DNA of 32,000 nucleotides from Nostoc sp. FACHB-110 (GTDB lineage: Bacteria; Cyanobacteriota; Cyanobacteriia; Cyanobacteriales; Nostocaceae): NCBI RefSeq assembly GCF_014697425.1, contig NZ_JACJRU010000042.1, positions 36,693-68,692 on the forward strand, in the 5' to 3' direction. Both the position numbers and the translations under genes were made by a program. Shown piece by piece: positions 17,230 through 28,767 of the stretch. The notes beneath the pieces are model-generated. The model had not been told where the DNA came from. It saw only the letters and a program-made list of their open reading frames with translations, and searched no databases. Numbering within the stretch: the first letter of the stretch is position 1; each line of letters opens with the position of its first letter.

Positions 17230-17242
17230 CCCACACATCGGA

Positions 17243-17725
17243 ATGAGAGAAAATTATCAAGATTTCTTGATTCGTAACTGGGAAAAAGGCGATCGCACCA
17301 GAGCGGCCGCAGTCATTAGTTATGTACTATCAGAATACGGTTTGGGTTGGGAACCCAACGGTGCTGATAGGGATGTGCTGCAAGTAGAGGAATGTTACTT
17401 AGCAACAGGCGGCGAGTTTTGGGTAATTGAACACCAAAGCCAAATAGTCGGAACTGGCGCATACTATCCCATACATCGCGGCAAAAATGCCGTTGAAATC
17501 CGCAAAATGTACCTTTTACCCAGCGTCAGAGGTTTAGGTTTAGGAAAATATTTGTTACAACAGCTAGAAATAGCAATCGCAAATCGCGGTTTTCAGCAAA
17601 TTTGGATTGAAACAGCCAGCATTTTAGTAGAAGCCGTCAAGCTATACGAAAGCAACGGCTATCAACCAGCTACAGGTGTGGAAACAGCTAGGTGCGATCG
17701 CGTTTATGTGAAAAACTTAATTTAG
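17243..17725 (+). CDS. GNAT family N-acetyltransferase
   Basis: Acetyl-CoA motif VRGLGLGKYLLQQLE. 160 aa. Confidence 0.9.
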   Translation: MRENYQDFLIRNWEKGDRTRAAAVISYVLSEYGLGWEPNGADRDVLQVEECYLATGGEFWVIEHQSQIVGTGAYYPIHRGKNAVEIRKMYLLPSVRGLGLGKYLLQQLEIAIANRGFQQIWIETASILVEAVKLYESNGYQPATGVETARCDRVYVKNLI

Positions 17726-17758
17726 TAGTCTTAACAAAGGACGAATGACAAAGGACAA

Positions 17759-18430
17759 ATGCTCAAATCCTTTCTCAACCTATTTTTACAATCTCATTGT
17801 CCTTTGTGTCAGCGCAGTACATCTGCTGCTTTGTGTGAATATTGTGCTAGACAATTAAAAAATTGTGGTCAAAAAAATCCTTGTGCGTCTTGGCATGGTG
17901 AAATACCTGTATTTGGTTGGGGTATTTATGGCGGGCCAATCAAACGGGCAATTGCAGTCATGAAATATGAAAATCAGCCAGAACTTGGTCGAGTTTTAGG
18001 ACAATGGCTAGGGGAAGCATGGTTACTCAATTCGCCACATTGTCATACTCCACTTGTTGTTGTCCCGATTCCTCTGCATCCGCAAAAACAACAGCAACGG
18101 GGATACAATCAAGCCGCAATCATCGCCCAAAGTTTCTGCCAAATAACTAAGTTAGAATTAAGCCTAAATGGTTTGTCCAGGGTACGCGAAACTAAGGCAC
18201 AATTTGGCTTATCGATGTCTGAGCGAGAAAAAAACTTAGCCCAAGCTTTTACAGTTGGGTCAAAATTTCCCACTCATCGTCCCCAAGTTCCAGTGTTATT
18301 AATAGATGACATTTATACCACTGGTGCTACTGCTAAATCTGCTGTGCAAACATTTCGCCAGTCGGGAATTACAGTCTTGGGTTTAGCCGCAGTAGCGATT
18401 GCGATCAAAGACCAACAGACTAATTCCTAG
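17759..18430 (+). CDS. comF: ComF family protein (phosphoribosyltransferase-like)
   Basis: N-terminal CPLC...CEYC zinc-finger-like motif and C-terminal PRTase motif VLLIDDIYTTGAT. Confidence 0.85.
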   Translation: MLKSFLNLFLQSHCPLCQRSTSAALCEYCARQLKNCGQKNPCASWHGEIPVFGWGIYGGPIKRAIAVMKYENQPELGRVLGQWLGEAWLLNSPHCHTPLVVVPIPLHPQKQQQRGYNQAAIIAQSFCQITKLELSLNGLSRVRETKAQFGLSMSEREKNLAQAFTVGSKFPTHRPQVPVLLIDDIYTTGATAKSAVQTFRQSGITVLGLAAVAIAIKDQQTNS

Positions 18431-18500
18431 CCGAGCCATCCTGGCCAAATCTATAATAAAGCGAATACTACCCTGTTTGGTGGGAAAAGTACCTGAAATT

Positions 18501-18956
18501 ATGAGTAAAGCTTTTGCAGCGAGTTTTAAACAAATTATCATTCTTCCTGCTACTTTTTTGGCAATTGCTACCAGTACAACAGTCGCATTGGCTCAAAATA
18601 AGTTGTACAGTCCAATTCCTTTAACTAATCTAACTGAACTTTCTGATACGCTATCAGACAAAGATATACCCACAGGACAGGGCGGATTTGCCCGTGACTA
18701 TCAAGTTAAGTTAACTAAAGGGGATAATTTAGCTGTTGATTTATCTTCAGACAACTTTGACAGTATCATTACCCTGTTAGGCCCTGATGGCTCCACACTG
18801 GCAGAAAATGATGATGGCCCCGATGGTACTAGCAATTCTTTGCTATTTACCCGCATCAACGAAACAGGAGTATATGTAATTCGTGTTCGTTCTTTTGGGG
18901 AAACTGGGGTAGGTAATTTTAAACTAAAGGTGACAAAATTACAACCGATTAAATGA
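18501..18956 (+). CDS. secreted protein with pre-peptidase C-terminal (PPC)-like beta-sandwich domain
   Basis: Signal-like MSKAFAASFKQIIILPATFLAIATSTTVALA, then DSIITLLGPDGSTLAENDDGPDG...GVYVIRVRSFG...GNFKLKV. The track start at 18399 overlaps comF. Confidence 0.7.
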   Translation: MSKAFAASFKQIIILPATFLAIATSTTVALAQNKLYSPIPLTNLTELSDTLSDKDIPTGQGGFARDYQVKLTKGDNLAVDLSSDNFDSIITLLGPDGSTLAENDDGPDGTSNSLLFTRINETGVYVIRVRSFGETGVGNFKLKVTKLQPIK

Positions 18957-18991
18957 AGTGCTGAGTGCTGAGTGCTGAGTGCTGAGTGCTG
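18957..18991. repeat. STRR heptamer array, 5 x AGTGCTG
   Basis: Perfect tandem copies directly after the stop codon at 18954-18956. Confidence 0.95.
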
Positions 18992-19022
18992 AGTAAGTAT
19001 TCTTTTTATTCTCCCTTTTCAT

Positions 19023-19796
19023 CTAAAAACTAGTTAACACACACAGAAATAAAGCCTCTGTCCATTCGACGACTGCGCCGTAGGTATCGCCTGTGTGTCC
19101 ACCTAGTTTGTGATTAAACCATGCACCTGTGAGAAATGCGATCGCACTTCCGCTCAGTATCATTGCCAGTGCGAGCAATTTGTCTTGGCTATTTAACAGC
19201 CCAGGTAAAGCACTCAAGCTGATTAACAATAGCCAAGAAGGGATGACATCTTTGAAGGAACGAATGGCTTGTTTGTGAAACGCACCTTTACCTGTAGGCT
19301 TGAGGTAAGGATATCGCAGTATTGCTAGTTGCTGTCCCCACCGTCCCCAGCCACAAGCAGCCATGAAGATTAAGCAACGGTTGGCTTCGGTGTCTGTTAA
19401 GGCGACTGTTTTTAACAATACTATGGCGATCGCGGCCATTGCGCCAAATGCGCCCGTAGCACTATCGGCCATTACCTCTAATCTTTTATCAGGATTTCCT
19501 ACTGCTAAACCATCAGCCGTATCCATCGCCCCATCTAAGTGTAATCCGCCTGTAATTCCTATCCAGGCACACACAATTAAAGCACTACGAGTTAAAATTG
19601 ATACGTTTAAATAATCTAACCCCAAGTCAAATAAACCTAAAATTCCGCCAATAATTAACCCAACTAATGGGGCTGAACGTGCTAATTTAGAGAAATCCAG
19701 ACCATTGATATGAGGCAGAGGAATAACCGTATAGAATATAATACTAGCTAAGAGATTATACAGAGATAATTGCAAACTCTGTAAAAATTTCATCAT
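19023..19796 (-). CDS. cobS: adenosylcobinamide-GDP ribazoletransferase (cobalamin synthase)
   Basis: Polytopic membrane protein with [11 protein letters not shown] and [10 protein letters not shown] motifs. The track start at 19853 is TTG and the first ATG is at 19796. Confidence 0.85.
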   Translation of the reverse strand: MMKFLQSLQLSLYNLLASIIFYTVIPLPHINGLDFSKLARSAPLVGLIIGGILGLFDLGLDYLNVSILTRSALIVCAWIGITGGLHLDGAMDTADGLAVGNPDKRLEVMADSATGAFGAMAAIAIVLLKTVALTDTEANRCLIFMAACGWGRWGQQLAILRYPYLKPTGKGAFHKQAIRSFKDVIPSWLLLISLSALPGLLNSQDKLLALAMILSGSAIAFLTGAWFNHKLGGHTGDTYGAVVEWTEALFLCVLTSF

Positions 19797-20042
19797 AATT
19801 AAGCAGCTATTTAAGAGATAACGCTGATAATTCTCGCTCTGAGTGGCAGTCAAAAATTTTAAAGCTTTAGATAAGATAGTTTTTAATTTAGAGACTCTTC
19901 GCCAAAACTTTGTTATGCTTGTCTCGGTTAGATAAATTTTTTAACTGGCAATCTTAACACAAAATAGTTGATTTAGCAAGGTAAAATTAGAATAGCAATG
20001 CTTTGTAATTATCAGCTACGAAACTAAATCAAGAGTATTGCA

Positions 20043-20102
20043 GCGATCGCCTGAGAAAATTGATATTTTTTGAGCGATCGCGCCACAAAATTGATATTTT
20101 TT
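20043..20102. promoter_or_regulatory. 31-bp direct repeat pair, each = HIP1 + N6 + aaaattgatatttttt
   Basis: gcgatcgcctgagaaaattgatatttttt (20043-20071) and gcgatcgcgccacaaaattgatatttttt (20074-20102), in the divergent cobS / 20179 intergenic region. A regulatory role is inference. Confidence 0.3.
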
Positions 20103-20178
20103 AAATGTAGGGAACTACAAAGCTATTCAACTAAGTTTTTAGCTGCGTTCTCATCTTTGCTCACTCGCTAATTTTCCT

Positions 20179-20631
20179 ATGAGTCATCATCTACCCGACA
20201 CCAGGATACCAGCGCCGTGCATTGTTGACACGGGCGTAATTGTAAACAAGCTCGACATGAGACGATTGTTGACAGATTTAGGTCGAGTCCACTACATCTA
20301 CACCCACGAAGACAAGGTAGTGAGCGAGGGTGACGGGGATGTGATGGAAGTATTCGCCAACCCCCAAAGGTCTACATTAGTGGCGAATAGTGCGCTGTAC
20401 TTAAACGTCTACAGTTTTGACTATTTAGAACTCAAACAGTTATCTGCACAAGAAACCTGTTTTGACTTAATGCAAGAGGGAATGTGCTTACGGCTGATTC
20501 CTTTAACGACTCCTATACAAGAGCGTCGAGAGAAGACTTATAATGTCAGTGCCATTGAAGCGATGATGGAGCAAGTTCTCTCCGCCAAATGGGATGCAGA
20601 AATTGATGATGACTGCTCAGATTCTTTTTAG
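20179..20631 (+). CDS. conserved hypothetical protein (150 aa, acidic C-terminus)
   Basis: ATG ORF with good coding appearance. No family recognised. Confidence 0.6.
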   Translation: MSHHLPDTRIPAPCIVDTGVIVNKLDMRRLLTDLGRVHYIYTHEDKVVSEGDGDVMEVFANPQRSTLVANSALYLNVYSFDYLELKQLSAQETCFDLMQEGMCLRLIPLTTPIQERREKTYNVSAIEAMMEQVLSAKWDAEIDDDCSDSF

Positions 20632-20736
20632 AATGGTCAATGGTCATTTGGAAAATTCAGCCCTAGCGAATGGAATTCGCGGCTACATAATCATAGAAAT
20701 TTGCGATAACCAACAACAAATGACCATCATATTTAG

Positions 20737-21900
<1,164 letters not shown>

Positions 21901-21965
21901 CCAAATCATGTTAAGATACATCTCAATTATGAAAGCTGTGTTGGATAGAGTGGATTAAAACAAAC

Positions 21966-22103
21966 ATGGAAGCAGCATTATTATTAGCTAAATTGCCAGA
22001 AGCTTACCAGATTTTTGACCCGCTGGTAGACGTTCTCCCTGTAATTCCTGTTTTCTTCTTGTTACTTGCTTTTGTGTGGCAAGCAGCTGTTGGATTTAGG
22101 TAA
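21966..22103 (+). CDS. psbK: photosystem II protein PsbK (45 aa; absent from ORF track)
   Basis: [45 protein letters not shown] is the PsbK precursor sequence pattern. A strong terminator follows. Confidence 0.95.
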
Positions 22104-22123
22104 GTTAACTAGTTTTCAATTGT

Positions 22124-22156
22124 TAGGACAGGTAAATTACCTGTCCTATTTTTTTT
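22124..22156 (+). terminator. rho-independent terminator of psbK
   Basis: Perfect 11-bp stem taggacaggta/tacctgtccta, 3-nt loop, 8 T. Confidence 0.85.
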
Positions 22157-22285
22157 GGCAATAATTTATTACTAAAAGTTGATGTTTCTTAATTATTTGT
22201 AACAACTTACAAGAAGTTAAGTAAGATAGTTTATACAGCAGGATTAAAACTGAGCCTTTCCAGCCAACGAGGATCTTAACTAGCT

Positions 22286-22582
22286 ATGGGTAACATCAAA
22301 TTTGTCAAAGAAGATCAGGAAGTAATAGCAGCAAATGGGGCTAACTTGCGCCTAAAAGCTGTAGAAAACGGCATAGATTTGTACAAATTATTTGGCAAAA
22401 TGACCAATTGCGGTGGTTATGGTCAATGTGGTACTTGTGTTGTCGAGATAGTAGAAGGCTTAGAGAATCTTTCGCCCCGGACAGACTTTGAAAACCGCAA
22501 ATTAAAGAAAAAACCAGATAATTACCGCCTAGCTTGCCAAACTTTAGTACATGGCCCTGTTAGTGTAGTTACTAAACCTTAA
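22286..22582 (+). CDS. 2Fe-2S ferredoxin-like protein
   Basis: Cys pattern [11 protein letters not shown]...LACQ in a 98-aa beta-grasp-sized protein. Confidence 0.8.
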   Translation: MGNIKFVKEDQEVIAANGANLRLKAVENGIDLYKLFGKMTNCGGYGQCGTCVVEIVEGLENLSPRTDFENRKLKKKPDNYRLACQTLVHGPVSVVTKP

Positions 22583-22691
22583 CCTGCTAGCAGTATTGCC
22601 CACATAACAAGTAAAAAAATAAGGCGAATACGGGCATCGATAATGCTATTCTAAAGTTGTTGACTGGAAATTATGGAGAGGCTTTTTTGCC

Positions 22692-22808
22692 ATGCAAACT
22701 AATGACTTAGGGTTCGTGGCGAGCATTCTGTTCGTACTAGTTCCCACTGTGTTTTTATTAATTCTGTACATTCAAACCGCTAGCCGCGAAGGTAAAAAAG
22801 ATAGTTAA
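22692..22808 (+). CDS. psbM: photosystem II protein PsbM (38 aa; absent from ORF track)
   Basis: [38 protein letters not shown] matches the PsbM pattern. Confidence 0.9.
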   Translation: MQTNDLGFVASILFVLVPTVFLLILYIQTASREGKKDS

Positions 22809-22830
22809 TAGTTTGTGCATAATATAAAGA

Positions 22831-22863
22831 ACCCCTACACCATTGGTGCAGGGGTTTTTATTT
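22831..22863 (+). terminator. terminator hairpin after psbM
   Basis: cccctacacc / att / ggtgcagggg (one mismatch) followed by tttttattt. Confidence 0.6.
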
Positions 22864-22887
22864 ATCAACCGCCAAAATTGAGTGGAA

Positions 22888-22912
22888 AGTGCTGAGTTCC
22901 GAGTGCTGAGTT
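22888..22912. repeat. STRR-like heptamers (agtgctgagtt x2)
   Basis: agtgctgagttccgagtgctgagtt lies between the convergent psbM and usp genes. Confidence 0.6.
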
Positions 22913-22955
22913 AAAAATACTTTTTCTCATCTCTAGTCTCTAGCGTCCATAAAAG

Positions 22956-23807
22956 TTATGCACTAGTACGTGCTAATAGTACTGGACAAGTAGCGTTGAC
23001 TCGCACATAATCAGACAAAGAAGCACCGATGAGTCTATCTAGATCGACAAAACTTTTAGCTACAGATGGACGACGATCTGGAGAACCAAGTAATAACAAG
23101 TCTACTTTTAACTCATCTGCCAAGCGACAAATTTCTTCACCTGGTTTACCACTGCTGGTATAGCAGCGAGTTTGTACATTATATTTTTGAGCTTGAGTGT
23201 AGGCTGGTGCAAAAACTGGATCTTTGTCTGGGACAATTTCGCTGACTTCTGATGTTTTTCCGCGTAAATCTGTATTAACGTGAGTCAAAACTAATTGACT
23301 ACCTGAAATATCTTTTAGTAAGAATAAAGCTAAATCTAAACAGTGTTTGGCTGCTTCCGAGTTGTCTAGGGCTACCATGATACGCTTAATTCTCTTGACA
23401 TAAATGTCATCTTTGACCAGCAACATGGGGCGAGAAGACAATTGGAAAACATATTGACTCACAGAGTTTGACAAAATTGACTGCAAACGCTTGAGTCCGC
23501 GAGAACCCATGATGATTAAATCAGCGTCGATTTCGTCGGCGACTTGGCAAACTACATCTTTCGGATCACCTTGCCGTAAAATCGATGAAACTTGAGTAGC
23601 ATCTAAATTCAAAGACTGAATGGCATTGGCCAGAATTTTACCACCTTCTTCCCATTTATTTGTCATTGCAGTCGCTGTACTTTGGGGAGTGACAACGTGC
23701 AGAACTGTAACTTTGGCACGTTGAATTGATGGTATTTCTTTTAAGGTTTTGAGCATTTCTTCTGCATGACCTAAGCCCGAAACCGCTAGCAAAATTTTTT
23801 CTATCAT
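22956..23807 (-). CDS. tandem universal stress protein (2 x Usp domain)
   Basis: Two UspA-like halves with DLIIMGSRGL and DLLLLGSPD motifs. Confidence 0.9.
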   Translation of the reverse strand: MIEKILLAVSGLGHAEEMLKTLKEIPSIQRAKVTVLHVVTPQSTATAMTNKWEEGGKILANAIQSLNLDATQVSSILRQGDPKDVVCQVADEIDADLIIMGSRGLKRLQSILSNSVSQYVFQLSSRPMLLVKDDIYVKRIKRIMVALDNSEAAKHCLDLALFLLKDISGSQLVLTHVNTDLRGKTSEVSEIVPDKDPVFAPAYTQAQKYNVQTRCYTSSGKPGEEICRLADELKVDLLLLGSPDRRPSVAKSFVDLDRLIGASLSDYVRVNATCPVLLARTSA

Positions 23808-24369
23808 TGTCGCTTACTTGTTGTAAATGTCTATTTAGTGTTTGCTCTTAGTAATTGGCTCAGTTGAATTGTCAACATCTGGCTCAATAACCTAGTGCAG
23901 TTACGCAGAAGTCTAAGTCAAAAAACTTGGAGATTTTTTGCCTGACTGTTAATTATTTCTGCCTTACTGTACTAGCTCAGTAAATTGGTACAAATCAACT
24001 TTTAGTCACTAGTATGTGTGTTGTAAATATTATGAGATAAACTAGTGTAATTTCGCTTAATTTGTACCCGTGGCTAGACCTTGAACTAGGCTTCAATAAT
24101 TAAGCTTACTCTCAATTTAACTTAGTCAACTTTATAAAATATGATGTTTTTTATTATTTTTAATCTATATTAACTTTTATTCATTAGAACCAAGTTAAGT
24201 AATGCAAAGAACTCTCATAAAATTAGCGCAATTATATCACTGATTATTCAAGCGATCGCCTGCTTAAAAAAAATTTAGTTTTATCACCTATTAAACCTCT
24301 AATTATAACTTCAGTTATGTTTATGGGAACAATAAACTATAACTATTTAACTGAATAAAATCTGTGGTT

Positions 24370-27300
24370 ATGCAAGTTTCTCAAATTGCTGTAACTGTCT
24401 TACTGACTTTTACATCTCCAGTTTTAGGGCTGTATTATTTACAACCAATACTCGCCCAAGCTCCAGCCCCAACAGCCGAAGCACGCATCACCGAAGCCAT
24501 CAACCTCAATAATCAAGGCGAAGGACTAGTTTACAAAGATTTAGTTGGTTTAGATGACTTGCAAGCTGGGTTAGGACTATTTCAACAGTCCTTAGCAATA
24601 TTTAAACAATATGGTGCGAAAGCCGGAGAAGCCAACAGCTTAGTAAATATTGGCTACGTTTATTTGCGTAAAGGAGAGTATGTTAAAGCACTAGAATTTT
24701 TGAATTTAAGCTTGGATATTCGCCGCCAACTCCGCGACAAAGAAAGCGAATGGATACCTTTATCTTATATTGCAGAAGTCTATGTCAATCTGGGAGAATA
24801 TGAAAAAGCCCTATCGTTTTATCAACCAGCGTTAACAGTTTTAAAAGAACTCAAAGCAGCTAACCCTAATGGCTATAGTTATGCTACTAGCGAAGCTAAT
24901 CTATTAACTGATATTGGTGCAGTTTACTTTCGTACAGGTAAATATTCTTCGGCTTTGGAGTTTTATCAACAAAGTTTGACAATTCAAACAGCCAAGGGTG
25001 ATAAAAGCGGAACTGCTCAAGCTTTAAACAACATTGGTGTTGTTTATCTTAACTTGGGTAACTATGGTCAAGCATTAGATTATTATCAACAAGCATTAAG
25101 CAATTTACAAGAGTGCTGTTCTACATTTTATGGAACACAAGCAGCTATTTTCAATAATATTTCAGCTGCATATTTTAGCTTAGGACAATATCAAAAATCG
25201 CTGGAGTTTGCGGAAAAATCTACAAATATTTATAAAAAACTTGGCACTGGGGAATATAAAAGTACAGACGAGCAAGCTATCAAGTTACTCTATAATGCCC
25301 TTGGTCAAAATGCTCAAGCTTTGCAACAACTGACTAACCGCGCCATTGTTGGTGATGCTTTTGGTAAAGACTCGTTTCAGTTTCAAGGTGCAGCTTTAAA
25401 TTTGAATAATATCGGACAGATTTACTTGAGTTTGGGTAAATATGAGCAAGCACTCAAGTTATATCAGCAAGCTTTAGATATATATCAGCAAAATAAGTAT
25501 AAATTGGGGGTTGCTGTCGCACTTAATAATATTGGGCGTGTTTACCAAAATTTGGGTAACTATAACCAAGCTCTAGAATATAACCAGCAAGCTTTAGCTA
25601 ATTATCGAGAAATTGGCGATCGCACTGGTGAAGGCGTAACAATTAGTAACTTAGGGCAAGTTTATCAACAACAAAATCAATCCGATAAAGCTTTAGGACT
25701 ATATCAGCAAGCTGTAGCTATTCACCGAGAAGTTGAAGATAAAGTGAGTGAAGCTGCAACGCTGAAATTTTTAGGCGATGTCTTAGCAGCCCAAAATCAA
25801 CCACCACTAGCGATCGCATTTTACAAGCAATCAGTGAATTTAACCGAAACAATTCGGCAAAATTTACGAGTTGTGCCAACAGATGTGCAGAAATCTTACA
25901 CCGAAACTGTTTCCGAAAGATATCGCCGCCTTGCTGACTTATTACTCAAACAAAATCGTCCAGCTGAAGCACAACAAGTTTTAGACTTGCTGAAAATTCA
26001 GGAAGTTAGTGACTATATTGGTAAACCTAGTACGAGTAAACCAAAGCTCACAAATAGAAATAATCAACGAGGTAGTTCTGCCAGCGTAGCCGTCAAAACT
26101 GAAGCTGAACAATTACCGCTAAAACCCCAAGAAAAGGAAATATCACAGAAGTATACGGCAATTCAAGACCAAGCGATCGCACTTGGTAAAGAACTCACCG
26201 CCCTGCGAAAAATTCCCCCACAAACCCGTACCGCAACTCAAGAAAAACGCATTGCGGAATTAGTCAAACTCGAACAAACCACCAACGCCGAATTTAACAA
26301 GTTTATTAAAAGTCCTGCTGTGGTGGCTTTGGTGCAACAATTATCCACAACATCGGGACAGGAAAATTTAAATTTACGTCAACTCAATTCTTTAAGAGAT
26401 AACCTCCGCCAGTTAAATCAAAAAGCCGTGTTGCTGTATCCTCTGGTGTTAGATGACAGATTAGAATTAGTTGTCGTCTCTGCTGATGCGCCGCCAATTC
26501 ACCGCACTGTCCCAGTAAAATCAGCCGAATTAACTCAAACAATTAATGAATTTCGAGAGGCAATTCTTGTTCCTTACAAAAATAGCAAAACCACAGCTAA
26601 CAAATTATATAACTGGCTAATTAAACCTATAGAAAACGATTTAAAACAAGCTGATGCTAAAACTATCATTTATGCACCAGACGGGAAACTGAGATATGTA
26701 CCCTTAGCCGCATTATATGATGGGCAAAATTGGCTAGTGCAACGCTTTGCTATTAATAATATCACGGCTGCTAGTTTAACTAAATTAGTTAGTCAACCAC
26801 CAACATCTGTGAATGCTTTAGCGGCGGCTTTTACGAAAGGGGAATATACAGTAGCCGTAGGTCAACGCCAAGAAATGTTTAGTGGTTTAGAATTTGCCAA
26901 AGCAGAAGTAGAAAACTTAGCAAAAATTCTGCCCGGCAGCAAAGTTTTATTAGACAAAGATTTTAATCCTAATACAACAGTTCCCCAAATGAATGATTAT
27001 AAAATTGTCCATTTGGCAACACATGGTAAGCTGGTCAATGGTTCACCAGAAGATTCATTTATTGTGTTTGGTGATGGCGAACACGCGACTTTAAGAGACA
27101 TTGAAAATTGGTCGTTATCAAATGTAGATTTAGTAGTGTTGAGTGCTTGCCAAACTGGTTTAGGAGAAAAATCAGCTAATGGACAAGAAATTTTAGGTTT
27201 AGGATATGAAATTCAATTAGCAGGTGCAAAAGCGACAATGGCTTCATTGTGGTCTGTTTCTGATGGCGGTACTCAAGCATTAATGAATGAATTTTATTCA

Positions 27301-27435
27301 GCATTAAAATCTGGCAAGCTTACCAAAGCTGAAGCTTTACGAAAAGCACAAATTACTTTGTTGACCGATAAAAGTGGGGAATTTAATCATCCTTATTATT
27401 GGTCGGCTTTTATTTTGATTGGTAATGGTTTGTAA
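24370..27435 (+). CDS. exported TPR-repeat / CHAT-domain (caspase-like) protein
   Basis: Signal-like N-terminus ending LAQAPAP, followed by about 10 TPR units (ALNNIGVVYLNLGNYGQALDYYQQAL etc.) and a coiled linker. The C-terminal CHAT domain has the His/Cys dyad IVHLATHG ... LVVLSACQTG. ATG at 24370, with an alternative GTG at 24364. Confidence 0.9.
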   Translation: MQVSQIAVTVLLTFTSPVLGLYYLQPILAQAPAPTAEARITEAINLNNQGEGLVYKDLVGLDDLQAGLGLFQQSLAIFKQYGAKAGEANSLVNIGYVYLRKGEYVKALEFLNLSLDIRRQLRDKESEWIPLSYIAEVYVNLGEYEKALSFYQPALTVLKELKAANPNGYSYATSEANLLTDIGAVYFRTGKYSSALEFYQQSLTIQTAKGDKSGTAQALNNIGVVYLNLGNYGQALDYYQQALSNLQECCSTFYGTQAAIFNNISAAYFSLGQYQKSLEFAEKSTNIYKKLGTGEYKSTDEQAIKLLYNALGQNAQALQQLTNRAIVGDAFGKDSFQFQGAALNLNNIGQIYLSLGKYEQALKLYQQALDIYQQNKYKLGVAVALNNIGRVYQNLGNYNQALEYNQQALANYREIGDRTGEGVTISNLGQVYQQQNQSDKALGLYQQAVAIHREVEDKVSEAATLKFLGDVLAAQNQPPLAIAFYKQSVNLTETIRQNLRVVPTDVQKSYTETVSERYRRLADLLLKQNRPAEAQQVLDLLKIQEVSDYIGKPSTSKPKLTNRNNQRGSSASVAVKTEAEQLPLKPQEKEISQKYTAIQDQAIALGKELTALRKIPPQTRTATQEKRIAELVKLEQTTNAEFNKFIKSPAVVALVQQLSTTSGQENLNLRQLNSLRDNLRQLNQKAVLLYPLVLDDRLELVVVSADAPPIHRTVPVKSAELTQTINEFREAILVPYKNSKTTANKLYNWLIKPIENDLKQADAKTIIYAPDGKLRYVPLAALYDGQNWLVQRFAINNITAASLTKLVSQPPTSVNALAAAFTKGEYTVAVGQRQEMFSGLEFAKAEVENLAKILPGSKVLLDKDFNPNTTVPQMNDYKIVHLATHGKLVNGSPEDSFIVFGDGEHATLRDIENWSLSNVDLVVLSACQTGLGEKSANGQEILGLGYEIQLAGAKATMASLWSVSDGGTQALMNEFYSALKSGKLTKAEALRKAQITLLTDKSGEFNHPYYWSAFILIGNGL

Positions 27436-27516
27436 TATCTGAAAATTTACGCACAAAGGTGATTGGTTAAGAATGGGCGTAAAAGTTTTAAAAGTTTTGG
27501 GCTACAAAAACAAAAT

Positions 27517-27625
27517 CCGCACTTCGACAAGCTCAGTGACCACCTGCGCAGACTAATAAAAAATCAATGGTTTTGAACCCACGCAGGTGGGTTTTGTCTG
27601 TGTAGCCGCGACTTCAGTCGCCCTC
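27517..27625. repeat. Nostocales dispersed intergenic repeat with internal hairpin
   Basis: ccacctgcg (27540-27548) pairs with cgcaggtgg (27582-27590). I recognise gaacccacgcaggtgggttttgtctgtgtagccgcgacttcagtcgc as a recurrent cyanobacterial repeat; this is recollection. Confidence 0.5.
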
Positions 27626-27645
27626 GTGCTTTCTGAATCCTGAGC

Positions 27646-28521
27646 TTATTTTAAATATTGATTATCACAATATTGAACTGTTGGGGTAACGGCAACAATT
27701 TCTACTTCTATAGGCTTGTCTTGGTTAGCTTCGATAATAAATTCGCTAGCACCTACATGAGGTTTTTTTGTATTTCCCCAATCATAGGTGTAACCTAATC
27801 CTGTCCAGGGATAATAGGGTTTACCGCTAGCGTAGGAACTTTTATAAATGTTGAATAAAACAGAATTACTTTCAGGTACAGGTACAGGCAAAACTTTGCA
27901 AGTCTTACTATTAATTTCTGGGTTAATACATGGCCGGCTTAAATCTTCAGCTTTGACCCACATTTCTACAAAATAGGTGGGATTGGGATTACTGGCTAAA
28001 ATTAAGCCTAAATACTGTTGCAACCTTAGTCCCAGCATAATTTCTCCAGGCACTTTCATGCCGATTCCTTGACATTTATGGCAGAATTCTTTAGTTTCAG
28101 GAAATGCGGTTAACCAGACTCGGCGAGTCAGAGATTTTTTGCCTAATGGCCAATCTTCATTAGGTTTTTTGGTGGATTTCCAAGTCACCATTAAAAATTC
28201 AGTTTTGCCATTGATTTGTCGGGTTTTGAGTTGAGAATTACTCGGGACTAGTTCCCAAAGATTATTTACTACTTCGTCTGGTTTGGGATTTTTGGCATCT
28301 TCAATAGCTGCGTCTAACTGTTGTTCTAAAAATTGATAACTTTCATGGTGATTGTTTTTGATGTAGTCATTGACGCTTTGGGTAGTTTCTTGTACTAGTA
28401 AATTTTTGGGAGAGTTTTGCAGATTCCGTACAGGAATTTCGGTGGCGAATAAACTGGAATAACCTATAGATAAACAAACACCTGTAAAGCCAAATAATAG
28501 ATAATTTTTAATTTTTTGCAT
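27646..28521 (-). CDS. secreted hypothetical protein
   Basis: The ATG at 28521 gives MQKIKNYLLFGFTGVCLSIGYSSLFA, a signal peptide. Several Cys residues and a YPWTGLGYTYDWGN motif. No family recognised. Confidence 0.65.
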   Translation of the reverse strand: MQKIKNYLLFGFTGVCLSIGYSSLFATEIPVRNLQNSPKNLLVQETTQSVNDYIKNNHHESYQFLEQQLDAAIEDAKNPKPDEVVNNLWELVPSNSQLKTRQINGKTEFLMVTWKSTKKPNEDWPLGKKSLTRRVWLTAFPETKEFCHKCQGIGMKVPGEIMLGLRLQQYLGLILASNPNPTYFVEMWVKAEDLSRPCINPEINSKTCKVLPVPVPESNSVLFNIYKSSYASGKPYYPWTGLGYTYDWGNTKKPHVGASEFIIEANQDKPIEVEIVAVTPTVQYCDNQYLK

Positions 28522-28767
28522 AACGAATTTATTGCCAATTAATAGCAAGAGATTTTGCAGAGATAAAGATTGAGTCCGATTTTATATTCAGGTTTGTTTA
28601 ATGCGGGATTTTATTGCAATTTTGTAACTTTATTTAATTAGGGTTGATGCAAAAATTATTGACAAGGCTTAATTTAGCGAACCACCAAGGTGCAGAGTAC
28701 ACACACACAGAGTTGTTGCCAAAATCAACTATTGCTCATATCATCCATCAGAGTTAGGGGAGTTTGA

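Noticed and set aside
19797-20178. Cobalamin riboswitch upstream of cobS
   Set aside because: I looked for a B12-box-like GCCACTG core and the conserved stems on the minus strand. Only a chance gccactc was seen, with no convincing match by eye. A covariance-model scan (Rfam cobalamin) would be decisive.
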